A stretch of 64,000 bases of DNA from Deinococcus sp. (GCF_018260405.1 NZ_JAGLBG010000003.1:13910-77909); one strand, 5' to 3'. Counted from the first letter of the stretch, positions 1 to 9,518 are shown. Notes: generated by a model from the letters alone, not told the origin. Made by a program: numbers and translations.

Positions 1-170
1 CCTTTCCCCTTGGAGAGGGCTTTTGTGCCGCTGTGCTTTGGCAACTCCGCTTTGGCAAATGCTGAGGCGGGGTAAATCAGGGTAAACTCTTGACACGACT
101 CTCCACATCCTGTTTCCGGCCCCGCTGAACTGAGGCCAGCCTCTTTCATGTCAAGGTAAAAGGACGTTTC

Positions 171-2168
171 ATGACCCAACCCGCGCCTAGCCCCCAGCTG
201 CTCTGGCAACCTTCCGAAGCATTCATGGCTGGTACCAATCTGCGCCACTACATGGACTGGCTGGCCCGGATCCGTGGCCTGCATTTCAGTGATTACCACG
301 CGCTTCAGCAGTGGTCGGCCCAGGACCTCGGGGCCTTCTGGGGGTCGCTCTGGGACTATTTCGCCGTTATGGCCCACCAGCCTTACGCAGAGGTGCTCGG
401 GTCACGGCAGATGCCGGGGGCGCAGTGGTTTACCGGCTCTACTCTGAACTATGCTGAGCACGTCTTTCGCAATAAGACCGCCGAGTTCCCGGCGCTGCTG
501 TATCAGTCTGAACTGGGGCCGCTCCACAGCCTGAGCTGGGCCGAACTGGAACGTCAGGTGGCCAGCGTCGCGCAGGCCCTCCGGGAACAGGGCGTTGGCG
601 TGGGGGACCGGGTGGCGGCGTATATGCCGAACATCCCCGAAACACTGGTGGCCTTTTTGGCGGCGGCCAGCCTGGGGGCGGTGTGGTCGAGCTGCTCACC
701 CGATTTCGGCACGCAGAGTGCCCTGGACCGCTTCCGCCAGATCGCGCCGAAAGTGTTGTTCGCGGTCGACGGCTACCGCTACGGCGGCAAGGAAATCTCA
801 CGCCTCAGCGAGGTTGCGGAACTGGTCGCCGGATTGCCTGACCTCGGCCAGCTGGTGCTGGTGCCGCAGCTCGATCCGGCAGCCTGGGTAACTGGACAGG
901 CAGTCTGGAGCGACTGGCTTGGTCACGACGCCCCGCTGACCTTTACGCCCGTGCCCTTTGAGCATCCCCTGTGGATTCTGTATTCCAGCGGCACCACCGG
1001 GCTGCCCAAAGGAATCGTACACAGTCAGGGCGGCATTGTGCTTGAACACCTTAAGTCGCTGACCTTGCAGGCCAATGTCAAGCGGGGTGACCGCATGTTC
1101 TGGTTTACCACGACGGGCTGGATGATGTGGAACCTGCTGGCTGGTGGCTTGCTGGTCGGCGCGACCGTGGTGTTGTTTGATGGCAACCCGAACTACCCCA
1201 CTCCCGCGACCCTCTGGCAGTTCGCAGAGAAGGCCAGACTGACCAGCTTTGGCACCAGCCCGGCGTTTCTGGCTGGAACGCGCAAGGCCGGAATTGAGCC
1301 TGGCGAACAGTTCGACCTCAGCACACTGCAAAATGTGGGTGTGACGGGCAGCCCTTTGCCGTCCGACACTGCCAAGTGGGTCTACGAACACGTCAAAAGA
1401 GACCTCTGGCTCACTTCTTCGAGCGGCGGCACCGATGTCTGCACTGGATTCGTTGGTGGCTCGGCTCTGCTTCCCGTCTATGCCGGAGAGATTCAGGCCC
1501 CGTACCTAGGCGTATCGGTCAAGGCCCTGAGCGACGACGGGCAACCGCTTGATCAGGAGGTCGGGGAACTGGTGGTCACGCAGCCGATGCCCTCTATGCC
1601 GATCTATTTCTGGAACGATCCCACTGGCGAGCGCTACCGCAACAGCTATTTCGGTACCTTTCCCGGTCAGTGGCGACAGGGAGATTTCATCCGCTTTACC
1701 GAGCGGGGGAGCTGCGAGATTCAGGGGCGCTCGGACTCGACCCTCAACCGCTTCGGCGTTCGCATGGGAACGGCAGAAATCTACCGCTTGGTCGAAAGCC
1801 TCCCCGAAATTCACGAGAGTCTGATGATCGGCGCGGAGCTGGGTGGGGGAGAGTATTACATGCCGCTGTTCGTTGTCCTGAATCCCGGCGCAGTCCTCAA
1901 TGATGCCCTGAAGGAACGCGTCCGCGACCGCATCCGTACTGGCCTCAGTGCCCGGCAGCTGCCCGATGACATTTTTGCTGTCCATGATATTCCTCACACC
2001 CTAAATGGCAAGAAGCTCGAAGTGCCGATCAAGAAACTGTATATGGGTGTCCCCTTGGAAAAAGCGGTTAACCCCGATGCCACGGCCAACCGGGCGGCCC
2101 TGCACGATTTTGTCGCGTTGGCGCAGGCTTACCGTCGGGGGCGCGGCCCAGGGCCATCCCGGAGCTAA
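171..2168 (+). CDS. aacS: Acetoacetate--CoA ligase
   Basis: AMP-binding motif YSSGTTGLPKG; family motifs WSSCSPDFG, FWFTTTGWMMWN, SGGTDVC, GRSDSTLNRFGVRMG, GKKLEVPIK. Confidence 0.93.
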   Translation: MTQPAPSPQLLWQPSEAFMAGTNLRHYMDWLARIRGLHFSDYHALQQWSAQDLGAFWGSLWDYFAVMAHQPYAEVLGSRQMPGAQWFTGSTLNYAEHVFRNKTAEFPALLYQSELGPLHSLSWAELERQVASVAQALREQGVGVGDRVAAYMPNIPETLVAFLAAASLGAVWSSCSPDFGTQSALDRFRQIAPKVLFAVDGYRYGGKEISRLSEVAELVAGLPDLGQLVLVPQLDPAAWVTGQAVWSDWLGHDAPLTFTPVPFEHPLWILYSSGTTGLPKGIVHSQGGIVLEHLKSLTLQANVKRGDRMFWFTTTGWMMWNLLAGGLLVGATVVLFDGNPNYPTPATLWQFAEKARLTSFGTSPAFLAGTRKAGIEPGEQFDLSTLQNVGVTGSPLPSDTAKWVYEHVKRDLWLTSSSGGTDVCTGFVGGSALLPVYAGEIQAPYLGVSVKALSDDGQPLDQEVGELVVTQPMPSMPIYFWNDPTGERYRNSYFGTFPGQWRQGDFIRFTERGSCEIQGRSDSTLNRFGVRMGTAEIYRLVESLPEIHESLMIGAELGGGEYYMPLFVVLNPGAVLNDALKERVRDRIRTGLSARQLPDDIFAVHDIPHTLNGKKLEVPIKKLYMGVPLEKAVNPDATANRAALHDFVALAQAYRRGRGPGPSRS

Positions 2169-2184
2169 GCAGCTAAACTAAAGT

Positions 2185-2487
2185 ATGTTGAATATTCGTA
2201 AAAATGAGATCCAGAGCCGCTACGAGCTTGTGCAAGATGGACAGGTGGTCGGTTTTGCCGAGTACCTTGTGCATGGTGACAGCGTGATCCTGCCCCACAC
2301 CGTGGTCGATGACAGTCACGAGGGTGAGGGTCTAGGTGGGCAGCTGGCAAAATTTGCTCTGGAGGACGTGAAGGCCGAGGGCAAAGCCGTGCTTCCGGCC
2401 TGCCCTTTTATTGCCGCATATATTCGCCATCATCCCGAATACCGCGCTCTGGTACCGCAAGACCAATGGGCCAGATTCGGCCTGTAA
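2185..2487 (+). CDS. Small GNAT-family N-acetyltransferase (YjdJ/Acetyltransf_CG-like)
   Basis: HTVV..EGEGLG and PACPFIAAY..HPEY motifs; TAAACT 5 nt before ATG suggests a leaderless start. Confidence 0.85.
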   Translation: MLNIRKNEIQSRYELVQDGQVVGFAEYLVHGDSVILPHTVVDDSHEGEGLGGQLAKFALEDVKAEGKAVLPACPFIAAYIRHHPEYRALVPQDQWARFGL

Positions 2488-2628
2488 CGCTGCTAGGAGG
2501 CCGGAGAACATCAATCTGCTGGTTCTCCTCTTTCTATTTTGTCAATATATACACGTAACTGTTTGTTACCTCCTGCTTCGCCGTAAATATATACGCAACA
2601 AGAAACTCTTACCACTCCATCCCCCGAC

Positions 2629-3483
2629 TCACTTCTCCTCAGACCTGCGTTTTTTAACCAGTCTCGTTGTAGGGTGCAGGGCCGCTCTTCCGCCTAGGCC
2701 TAGCTGACGCTCAGTGCTTCTGGCTCCTTTCTGAGACAGCATCTGTATGCCTGCGGCGTTGCGTAAGGCGTACCAGCCCCGGTAGTCTACATTCGCTTGC
2801 TGACACAGTTTCCAGATCCTGGCACGTAATTCCTGATCGTCCCTAAACTTAAACATCTTTCCTTCCAGCTTAGGCGTCAGCAGAGGCCGTTCACCCTGTT
2901 GATGTCTCCATTTTGCGAAAGTTTCTTTTAACTGCGTAGACTGCTCAATTATTCTCTGGCTGACTTGAATACTCTGGGAGTCACAATCCTCGTATTGAAG
3001 CTGAACTATTTCTGGACCGGTTAATCCCGCGTGCGCTCCGAGCAGAAGCAAGACTTGATGTTCTAAGTCGGCGTGGGCGAGGAGGCGTTCGATCTCCTCA
3101 GGTAAGTAATAAGGCCGCCGCTCATCGGCAGGGTTAATTATCCCGTGCAGATCTTCAAAGGGGTTGACTGTACTCAGTCCCAAGTGTTGGAGCAACCGGT
3201 ACAGTTTTCTGTTCTGGGCTAGCCGGTTATTGATTGTGGCGGGCGCAGCATAGGTGTGCTGGAGCCACGCGGCATAAGCCTGAGCCTGAGCTGGGTCAGC
3301 TTGGAGCAATGTGCCGCCTTCTTGCTCGAGCCACTTGATGTAAAGCCGCCAGCCACTTAGGATATTGCGTTTTGAGGTTGCAGCAACGGGCAGAGAAACG
3401 ATGAGCTGATCCAGCAAGGCAGGGTAATTTTCCTGATTGAGGAGGAGCTGTAGATGTGTAGAGCGGGAAGGAGGTAGCGGCAT
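2629..3483 (-). CDS. Tyrosine-recombinase-fold protein with degenerate active site
   Basis: SAM-like N-terminal region (YAAWLQ..YAAPATINNRL..LY..NPF) and LLLGAHAGL core; GLTGPE, YALR, LGL and no C-terminal Tyr where the catalytic residues should be. Start could be 3483, 3498 or 3552. Confidence 0.7.
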   Translation of the reverse strand: MPLPPSRSTHLQLLLNQENYPALLDQLIVSLPVAATSKRNILSGWRLYIKWLEQEGGTLLQADPAQAQAYAAWLQHTYAAPATINNRLAQNRKLYRLLQHLGLSTVNPFEDLHGIINPADERRPYYLPEEIERLLAHADLEHQVLLLLGAHAGLTGPEIVQLQYEDCDSQSIQVSQRIIEQSTQLKETFAKWRHQQGERPLLTPKLEGKMFKFRDDQELRARIWKLCQQANVDYRGWYALRNAAGIQMLSQKGARSTERQLGLGGRAALHPTTRLVKKRRSEEK

Positions 3484-3615
3484 ACTATATATTAACATAT
3501 TCGAATAAGGGTGTTTTAAGCAGGGCAAAAGGGCAGAACCGGTGGATTCCATGGCGGTCTGTCCTCTTGCTCTGCACCGGCCTTTTTTATCCTGCCGCCT
3601 GCCGTTGTGCTCTAA

Positions 3616-4599
3616 GAGACTGTTTGAAGCGCCTGAGATAGAGAATTGGTAGGCTGAAGAGATGGAACGCGAGGCTTACCCCAGCGACCTCACCGACGCC
3701 CAATGGCAACTCATTGAACCACTTTTGCCACCACTTGGCGAGAGTACCTTCTGTGAAACCGTTCCCAGACGAGAAATTGTCAATGGAATCCGCTATGTAA
3801 CGCGGAGCGGGTGTCAGTGGCGCATGATGCCCCATGACCTCCCGCACTGGAACACCGTGTACACCTGCCACCGTCAATGGTGCAAGGATGGTGTCTGGAA
3901 GCGCATCAACGATGCGCTTGTGGCTTTGGAGCGAGAACGGAACGGCAGGAAAGCCAAACCAAGTGCCGCTGTCGGTGACTCGCAGAGCGTCAAAACGACG
4001 CAAAAAGGGGGGAGCGCGGCTACGACGGGGCCAAGAAGGTCAAAGGCCGGAAACGCCACATCGCCACGGATACCGACGGCAACTTGCTGACTTGCGTAGT
4101 TACGCCTGCCCACGTGGGTGAACGCGAGGGCATGAAACTGGTGGTCAACATTCTGAAGAAAGACGTACCAGGGCTAAAAAAGTTGTTTCTGGACGGTGGC
4201 TATGATGGTGAGCCGTTTTCGCTGTGGGCGAAAACGACACATCAGCTTGAGATTGAGATAAAACGCCGTCCAGATGAAGGCATTACCGTGAAAGATGGCA
4301 TCGCCCAGGTGCCGACGAATCATCCGAGCGAGGAACAAATCCGGCTGGCTTTCGAGATCACCCGTAACGGAAAGAAAGCTTTCGTGGTGGTGTCAAAGCG
4401 GTGGGTGGTGGAGCGTACCTTTGCCTGGCTGTTGCCTGGCTGTCTACCTTCAGGCGTCTGAAGGTGGATTACGAGGAGAAAACAGGCGTGTCAGAAGGGT
4501 TTATCTATGCGGCGAGTACTTGTATATTGCTGAACAGGCTGTGTGCCTGATGATCAGGCAGCATAGATGAAAACGGTGTTATCGGCTTCAAACAGCCTC
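3616..4599 (+). mobile_element. IS5-family insertion sequence, about 984 bp, TAA target duplication
   Basis: 15-bp terminal inverted repeats GAGACTGTTTGAAGC (3616-3630) and GCTTCAAACAGCCTC (4585-4599), 1 mismatch; TAA at 3613-3615 and 4600-4602. Confidence 0.92.
3662..4550 (+). pseudogene. IS5-family DDE transposase with -1 frameshift site; C-terminus disrupted
   Basis: YPSDLTDAQW..GCQWR..P..W.TVY; DSQSVKT; slippery AAAAAGGGGGG at 4002-4012 leading into GYDGAKKVKGRKRH; DGGY; RWVVERTFAWL. An 11-bp duplication at 4421-4442 shifts RRLKVDYE out of frame. Confidence 0.88.
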
Positions 4600-4684
4600 T
4601 AACAGCGCAGTACACCCATGTCGACTTTCAGTCGTTCTCTTAACCCCACCATCCTTAAGCGGTGTTTGCTTACTGCGCTCCGGT

Positions 4685-4727
4685 CTGACAAAACTCTGAT
4701 GGCCCCCTGACACGCACATTTTATAGT
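4685..4727 (+). promoter_or_regulatory. Promoter of the peptide/lipoprotein operon: 11-bp-phased CTGACA/CTGATG/CTGACA repeats, then N9 and -10 TATAGT
   Basis: CTGACA 4685, CTGATG 4696, CTGACA 4707, TATAGT 4722-4727; the same CCTGACA-N9-TAnnnT occurs at 57555-57576 (-) and 57653-57674 (+). Confidence 0.6.
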
Positions 4728-4759
4728 CAAGGCGGTTTTCAAGCACTAAAGGAGTTCTC

Positions 4760-4933
4760 ATGAAGATGACCGCTGAACGTCCCCAGGCTCACCAGCCTCC
4801 CCTGACCTCTGCCCCCGCCTATCAGGCCCCCCGCGTGAATGACCTGGGCCAGTGGCAGGCTGTCACGCTAATCTACTCTGTACCCATTAATCCGGGTACA
4901 ATGTTCAATCCGGGTGTGAACCCCAATGGTTAG
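4760..4933 (+). CDS. 57-aa RiPP precursor peptide with lasso-type (RRE-binding) leader; absent from the ORF track
   Basis: RBS AAAGGAG 5 nt upstream; MKMTAERPQAHQPPLTSAPAYQAPRVNDLGQWQAVTLIYSVPINPGTMFNPGVNPNG contains YxxPxVxxxGxxxxxT; stop overlaps the ATG at 4926. Confidence 0.8.
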   Translation: MKMTAERPQAHQPPLTSAPAYQAPRVNDLGQWQAVTLIYSVPINPGTMFNPGVNPNG

Positions 4934-6089
4934 TCGGCGCTTTTCCCTGCTGGCCCTGATGGGCACGTTGCTGCTGGGGGCCTGTGGACAGCAGGCGGTG
5001 ACGGGGACGCAGGCGCAGCCCGTTGTGGCGGCTCCTGTAGGCCAGGTGGCAGCCCATGGTCTGTACAACCTGCATATCAGTCCGGTGAGTGGTCGAGTGC
5101 AGGCCAACGTGAGCGGCGACCACCTGAGCGCCCAGGAGCTCGGCGGCCTGAGCTTTAGCGCCGCTGCGGCGGCGACCACCACCGACGCGACCAGCAAGCA
5201 CTACGCGGTAGCTATTACCGTAACCAACAACAGCGGCAAGGATATTAGCCAGCCGCTGTACGTGCCGGTGGCTGTCAGCGGGTACACCCAGAACAACACT
5301 TACTTCAGCAACGCCCAGAACAGCAGTGGGGGACCGACCGACCCCACGGGCGTGACTTTGGAGCAGGCCACCGGGGGCACCCCTCTGGTCAGCACCAACG
5401 TCTCGAGCAGCCTGATTAGTGCCCCCGGCCCCGCCACGGTCAGCCCCCAGGCGTGGCAGGCTCCGACCTTGCCTAGTGGCGGCACTCAGACCGTGACCTT
5501 CGGCTTCAGCATTCCTCTGAGCAATGTCACCAACAGCTTTAATGTGGTGTTCAGCGTGTTCGCTACGCCTAAAGTTGATCATCTGGTGATTAGCCAGGTT
5601 TATGGCGGCGGCGGGAATACCAGTGCCCAGTATAGGAATGACTTTATTGAGATTTTCAACCCTACTAACGGTGACGTTGAACTGTCGAGCTACACGGTTG
5701 AAGGCTTCAGCGCGACTGGATTGACCAAAGGCACGCAAGCCCTTTCCGGCAGCCTCAAGCCGGGCGGCTACTTTCTGTTAGCGGCCAACTCTAACAGCAC
5801 GACTGGGTCTGCTTTGCCCACACCAGATGCGACTAACCTTCAACTCGCCCTGTCCAGCACGGACGCGTCGGTTACTCTGTCGAACGCCAGCGGCGTAGTC
5901 GATACGCTGGGGTACGGCGCCGTCAAGACAAACAAATTCGAGGGTACGCTTCTCAAAGCCCTGAGCAACACCACTGCTGCGCTGCGTAACTCTAGCGGCT
6001 GCACCGACAGTAACAACAACAGCACCGACTTCACCGTAGCCGCACCCGCTCCGCGCAACAGCGCCAGCGCCGCCAACCTCTGTCAGTGA
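4926..6089 (+). CDS. Lipoprotein with unnamed N-terminal domain and C-terminal lamin-tail domain (LTD)
   Basis: Lipobox LGAC; LTD signature LVISQVYGGGGN..Y.NDFIEIFNPT..LSGSLKPGGYFL. Confidence 0.85.
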   Translation: MVSRRFSLLALMGTLLLGACGQQAVTGTQAQPVVAAPVGQVAAHGLYNLHISPVSGRVQANVSGDHLSAQELGGLSFSAAAAATTTDATSKHYAVAITVTNNSGKDISQPLYVPVAVSGYTQNNTYFSNAQNSSGGPTDPTGVTLEQATGGTPLVSTNVSSSLISAPGPATVSPQAWQAPTLPSGGTQTVTFGFSIPLSNVTNSFNVVFSVFATPKVDHLVISQVYGGGGNTSAQYRNDFIEIFNPTNGDVELSSYTVEGFSATGLTKGTQALSGSLKPGGYFLLAANSNSTTGSALPTPDATNLQLALSSTDASVTLSNASGVVDTLGYGAVKTNKFEGTLLKALSNTTAALRNSSGCTDSNNNSTDFTVAAPAPRNSASAANLCQ

Positions 6090-6179
6090 TTCTGTTTTTC
6101 TAACCCTGGTGGCCGCGCTTCCCTAACCGGGGGGTGCGGCTGCGTAGGCTCAACCCCACCTGACTTTTCTGGAGACCCC

Positions 6180-9100
6180 ATGAACATTAAACCCACCCGT
6201 TTTGTCCTGCTGCTGGCGGGCGCCCTAGCCCTCGCCTCCTGCGGCCAGCAAAAGCCCCTGGCCACCACTACGTCCACTCCTGCTTCTAAGCCCGCGCCGG
6301 TCGTGACCAACCCCGCCAAGAGCCTGGGCCTGTTCGAGCTGAACATCAACGGCGTCGGGAGCCAGCAGCTGCAGGCCTCGGTTAGCCGCCCTGGTCTGAG
6401 TGCCCAGGCCGCCGAAGTGCAGGGCCTCAACTTTGCCCTGCTAAGCAACAGCACCGTGACCGACAACGTCAATAAGGTGTTGCACCTCACCACCTCGTTT
6501 ACCGTGACCAACACCTCCGGCGCACCGATTAGCCTGCCCACCTATATTCCGGTAGACACCAGCGGCGCGTATGCCACCGACGATGAAACCCCCTTCCGCA
6601 ACGTGGTCAGCCGCAAGGGCGTGCCGATGTCGGGCGTGAACATGACCCCTGAGCAGTCCAACCGCCTCAGCGGCGGCGCGGTGGGCCTTGATCCCAGCGC
6701 CACGCCTCTGGTGGGCAACCTGGACACCGGAGCGCTGCAAATCAGCCTGCCTTCTGGTACCACGGCCCCCGGCATCAGCCACACCGGCTGGCAGACCACC
6801 ACGCTGGCCCCCGGCGCTTCGCAGGTGGTTAACTTTGCCGTGCGCGTGCCCCTCCAGGGTGTAGATGTGGGTGACAATGACCCCTTCCGCTTTACGCTGG
6901 TGTTTACCGTCGCCGACAACCCCGGAACCGTCAACCTGACCAGAATCGGCAGCGTCCAGGGCAGCACTCCTGCTGGCGACGTGGGCAGCCCCATGAACGC
7001 GCAGGCCGTGACGGTCGAGGGCGTGGTGACCAGCGCCCTGCCGGGCCTCATCGGTTTCTTTATGCAGGAAGCCGGAATTGACAAGGACAGCGACGGCACT
7101 ACCTCCGACGGCATTTTCGTGTACTGCGTGAGCAATTGCCCCAGCACGGGTAGCCGCGTGCGAGTCGCCGGAACCGTGACGGAATACAAAGGCGCGAAGG
7201 GCACTGACACCCAGGGCGTGACCGAAATAACGTCTCCAACAGTCACGGTTCTTGCCAGCAGCGTGCCCGCTCCCGCTCCCGTATCGCTGACCCTGCCCCT
7301 TAACGATGCTCAGTTGGAGCGCTACGAAGGGATGCGCGTGACTTTTCCCGAGACGCTGACCGTCACCAACAACTACACCTACGGGCGCTACGGCGAACTG
7401 GACCTGTCGAACAATGGGCGCATGTTCGTGCCAAGCAACGGCAACGCCAAAACTGGCCAGAGCGCCATCACGCTCGACGACGGTATCAGCGCCCAGAACC
7501 CGCTGAATCTGAACTACCTCAGCAGCGAAAACACCCGCCGCACCGGCGATACCGTGACTGGACTGACCGGCATCTGGCACACCATCGCCAGCCTACCCAT
7601 GCTGGAACCGGAAGGCGCCGTGAACTTCGTCTCGGCCAACAGCCGCGCCGCGAACGCCACGCCGGCCAGTGTCGGCGGCTCCTTGCGGGTGGTGGGGGCC
7701 AACATGCTCAACTTCTTCACGACCTTTACCAATGGCGCGACTTTCGACGGCAAAACCGGGCAGGGCTGCCTGGTCGGCACCAGCACCACCGCGGCCAATT
7801 GCCGTGGAGCCAACAACCTGGCCGAGTTCCAGCGCCAGCGGGCCAAGATGGTGCAAACCATCACCGCCCTGAACCCCGACGTGCTGTCGGTTATGGAAAC
7901 CCAGAACGACGATAACGTGACCATGAACGAAATCGTGCGGGCGCTGAACGAGAAAGCCGGGGCCGGAACCTACGCCGCTGTGCAGACTGGCCGGGTGGGC
8001 ACCGACGCCATCCGCGTGGGCCTTATCTACAAGCCCGGCAAGGTCGCGCCTATCGGTCAGCCGATGATCGATACCAACAGTATTTACTCGCGTCCGCCCG
8101 TCGCACAGACCTTCCGCGACCTGGGCACGAACGGCGTCTTTAGCGTGGTTTCTAACCACCTCAAGAGCAAGGGAAGCTGCCCCACCAGCGGCGACACCGA
8201 CCAGGGCCAGGGCTGCTGGAACCAGTTGCGCGTGCAACAGGCCAGCCAGTTGCTGAACTTTGTGAGCACCATCAAGCAGACCAGCGGCGACCAGGACGTG
8301 CTGCTGCTGGGCGACTTCAACGCTTACGGCGCGGAAGACCCGGTCAAAACCATTCAGAATGGCGGTTTCGAGAGCCTTAACCTGCGGATTCCCGCCGAAG
8401 ACCGCTACAGCTACCAGTTCGGCGGCCTGTTCGGTTACCTCGATCACGCTTTTTCCAGCACCAACCTGAGCACTCAGGTGACGGGCATCACCGAGTGGCA
8501 CGTCAACAGCGATGAGCCGGTCATTGCCGATTACAACGCCGAGTACAAGGCTATTCCCGAATGTGGCACCGCCACCACCTGTATCGGGAAAGACCTGTAC
8601 AGTGCCACCAATCCCTTCCGTGCCAGCGACCACGACCCCGTGCTGGTGGGCCTTAGCCTGACTGCCGACGCCGGAAGCACCCCTGCGCCTTCCACCCCGG
8701 CGACCAGCCTCAGCGCCAGCCCCACCGCCCTGAGCGTCACGGCTGGTGGCGCGGCGACCAGCAGCACCCTCACCACCAGCACCCAGAACTACAGCGGCGC
8801 CGACCTGAGCATCAGCACCAGCAACAGTGCGGGACTGACGGTCATGCCATCAGCCACCACTGTCAGTCCCAATGGCACCTTTAGCGTCAACATAACTGTG
8901 CCTGCCACTACCCCCAGCGGCACCTACCCCGTGACTGTGACCACCACCGGGCAAAGCGGCCTGAGTGCCAACACTACCATCAACGTGACGGTCACTGGCG
9001 GCGCTCTGCCCCCGGCGACCAGCCTGAACCACCTCGTGATCAGTCAGGTGTATGGGGGCGGCGGCAACACCGGCGCGACCTACACCAACGACTTTATCGA

Positions 9101-9518
9101 GATTTTCAACCCCACCAGCAGCGCCATTAACCTGGCAGGCTACTCGGTGCAGTACGCCAGCGCGACCGGCACCAGCTGGCAGGTCACCCCGCTGAGCAGC
9201 TATAGCTTGGCCCCCGGTCAGTTTTATCTGGTGCAGGAAGCCAAGGGAGCGGGCGGAACCGTTGCGCTGACGCCCAATACCACCGATACCATCGCTATGA
9301 GCGGGTCCGCCGGGCAGGTCGTGCTGGCCCAGAAGACCACCGCCGTGACCGGCACCACTGACGCTGCCGTGAACGACTACGTCGCCTACAGCGGCCTGTC
9401 TAGCACCACCAGTGCCAGCCGCACCAACGTCTGTGCCGATACCAACGCCAGCAGCGACTTTGCCAGCGGCGCGGTTAATCCTCGCAACACAGCTACCGCG
9501 CTGAACGTCTGTCCGTAA
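6180..9518 (+). CDS. ExeM/NucH-family extracellular endonuclease lipoprotein (OB fold, EEP nuclease, Ig-like, LTD)
   Basis: Lipobox LASC; VTVEGVVT..GFFMQE..SDGIFVY, LERYEGMRV, NMLNFF, NHLKSKG, LLGDFNAY, LDH, SDHDPV; C-terminal LVISQVYGGGG. Confidence 0.92.
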   Translation: MNIKPTRFVLLLAGALALASCGQQKPLATTTSTPASKPAPVVTNPAKSLGLFELNINGVGSQQLQASVSRPGLSAQAAEVQGLNFALLSNSTVTDNVNKVLHLTTSFTVTNTSGAPISLPTYIPVDTSGAYATDDETPFRNVVSRKGVPMSGVNMTPEQSNRLSGGAVGLDPSATPLVGNLDTGALQISLPSGTTAPGISHTGWQTTTLAPGASQVVNFAVRVPLQGVDVGDNDPFRFTLVFTVADNPGTVNLTRIGSVQGSTPAGDVGSPMNAQAVTVEGVVTSALPGLIGFFMQEAGIDKDSDGTTSDGIFVYCVSNCPSTGSRVRVAGTVTEYKGAKGTDTQGVTEITSPTVTVLASSVPAPAPVSLTLPLNDAQLERYEGMRVTFPETLTVTNNYTYGRYGELDLSNNGRMFVPSNGNAKTGQSAITLDDGISAQNPLNLNYLSSENTRRTGDTVTGLTGIWHTIASLPMLEPEGAVNFVSANSRAANATPASVGGSLRVVGANMLNFFTTFTNGATFDGKTGQGCLVGTSTTAANCRGANNLAEFQRQRAKMVQTITALNPDVLSVMETQNDDNVTMNEIVRALNEKAGAGTYAAVQTGRVGTDAIRVGLIYKPGKVAPIGQPMIDTNSIYSRPPVAQTFRDLGTNGVFSVVSNHLKSKGSCPTSGDTDQGQGCWNQLRVQQASQLLNFVSTIKQTSGDQDVLLLGDFNAYGAEDPVKTIQNGGFESLNLRIPAEDRYSYQFGGLFGYLDHAFSSTNLSTQVTGITEWHVNSDEPVIADYNAEYKAIPECGTATTCIGKDLYSATNPFRASDHDPVLVGLSLTADAGSTPAPSTPATSLSASPTALSVTAGGAATSSTLTTSTQNYSGADLSISTSNSAGLTVMPSATTVSPNGTFSVNITVPATTPSGTYPVTVTTTGQSGLSANTTINVTVTGGALPPATSLNHLVISQVYGGGGNTGATYTNDFIEIFNPTSSAINLAGYSVQYASATGTSWQVTPLSSYSLAPGQFYLVQEAKGAGGTVALTPNTTDTIAMSGSAGQVVLAQKTTAVTGTTDAAVNDYVAYSGLSSTTSASRTNVCADTNASSDFASGAVNPRNTATALNVCP

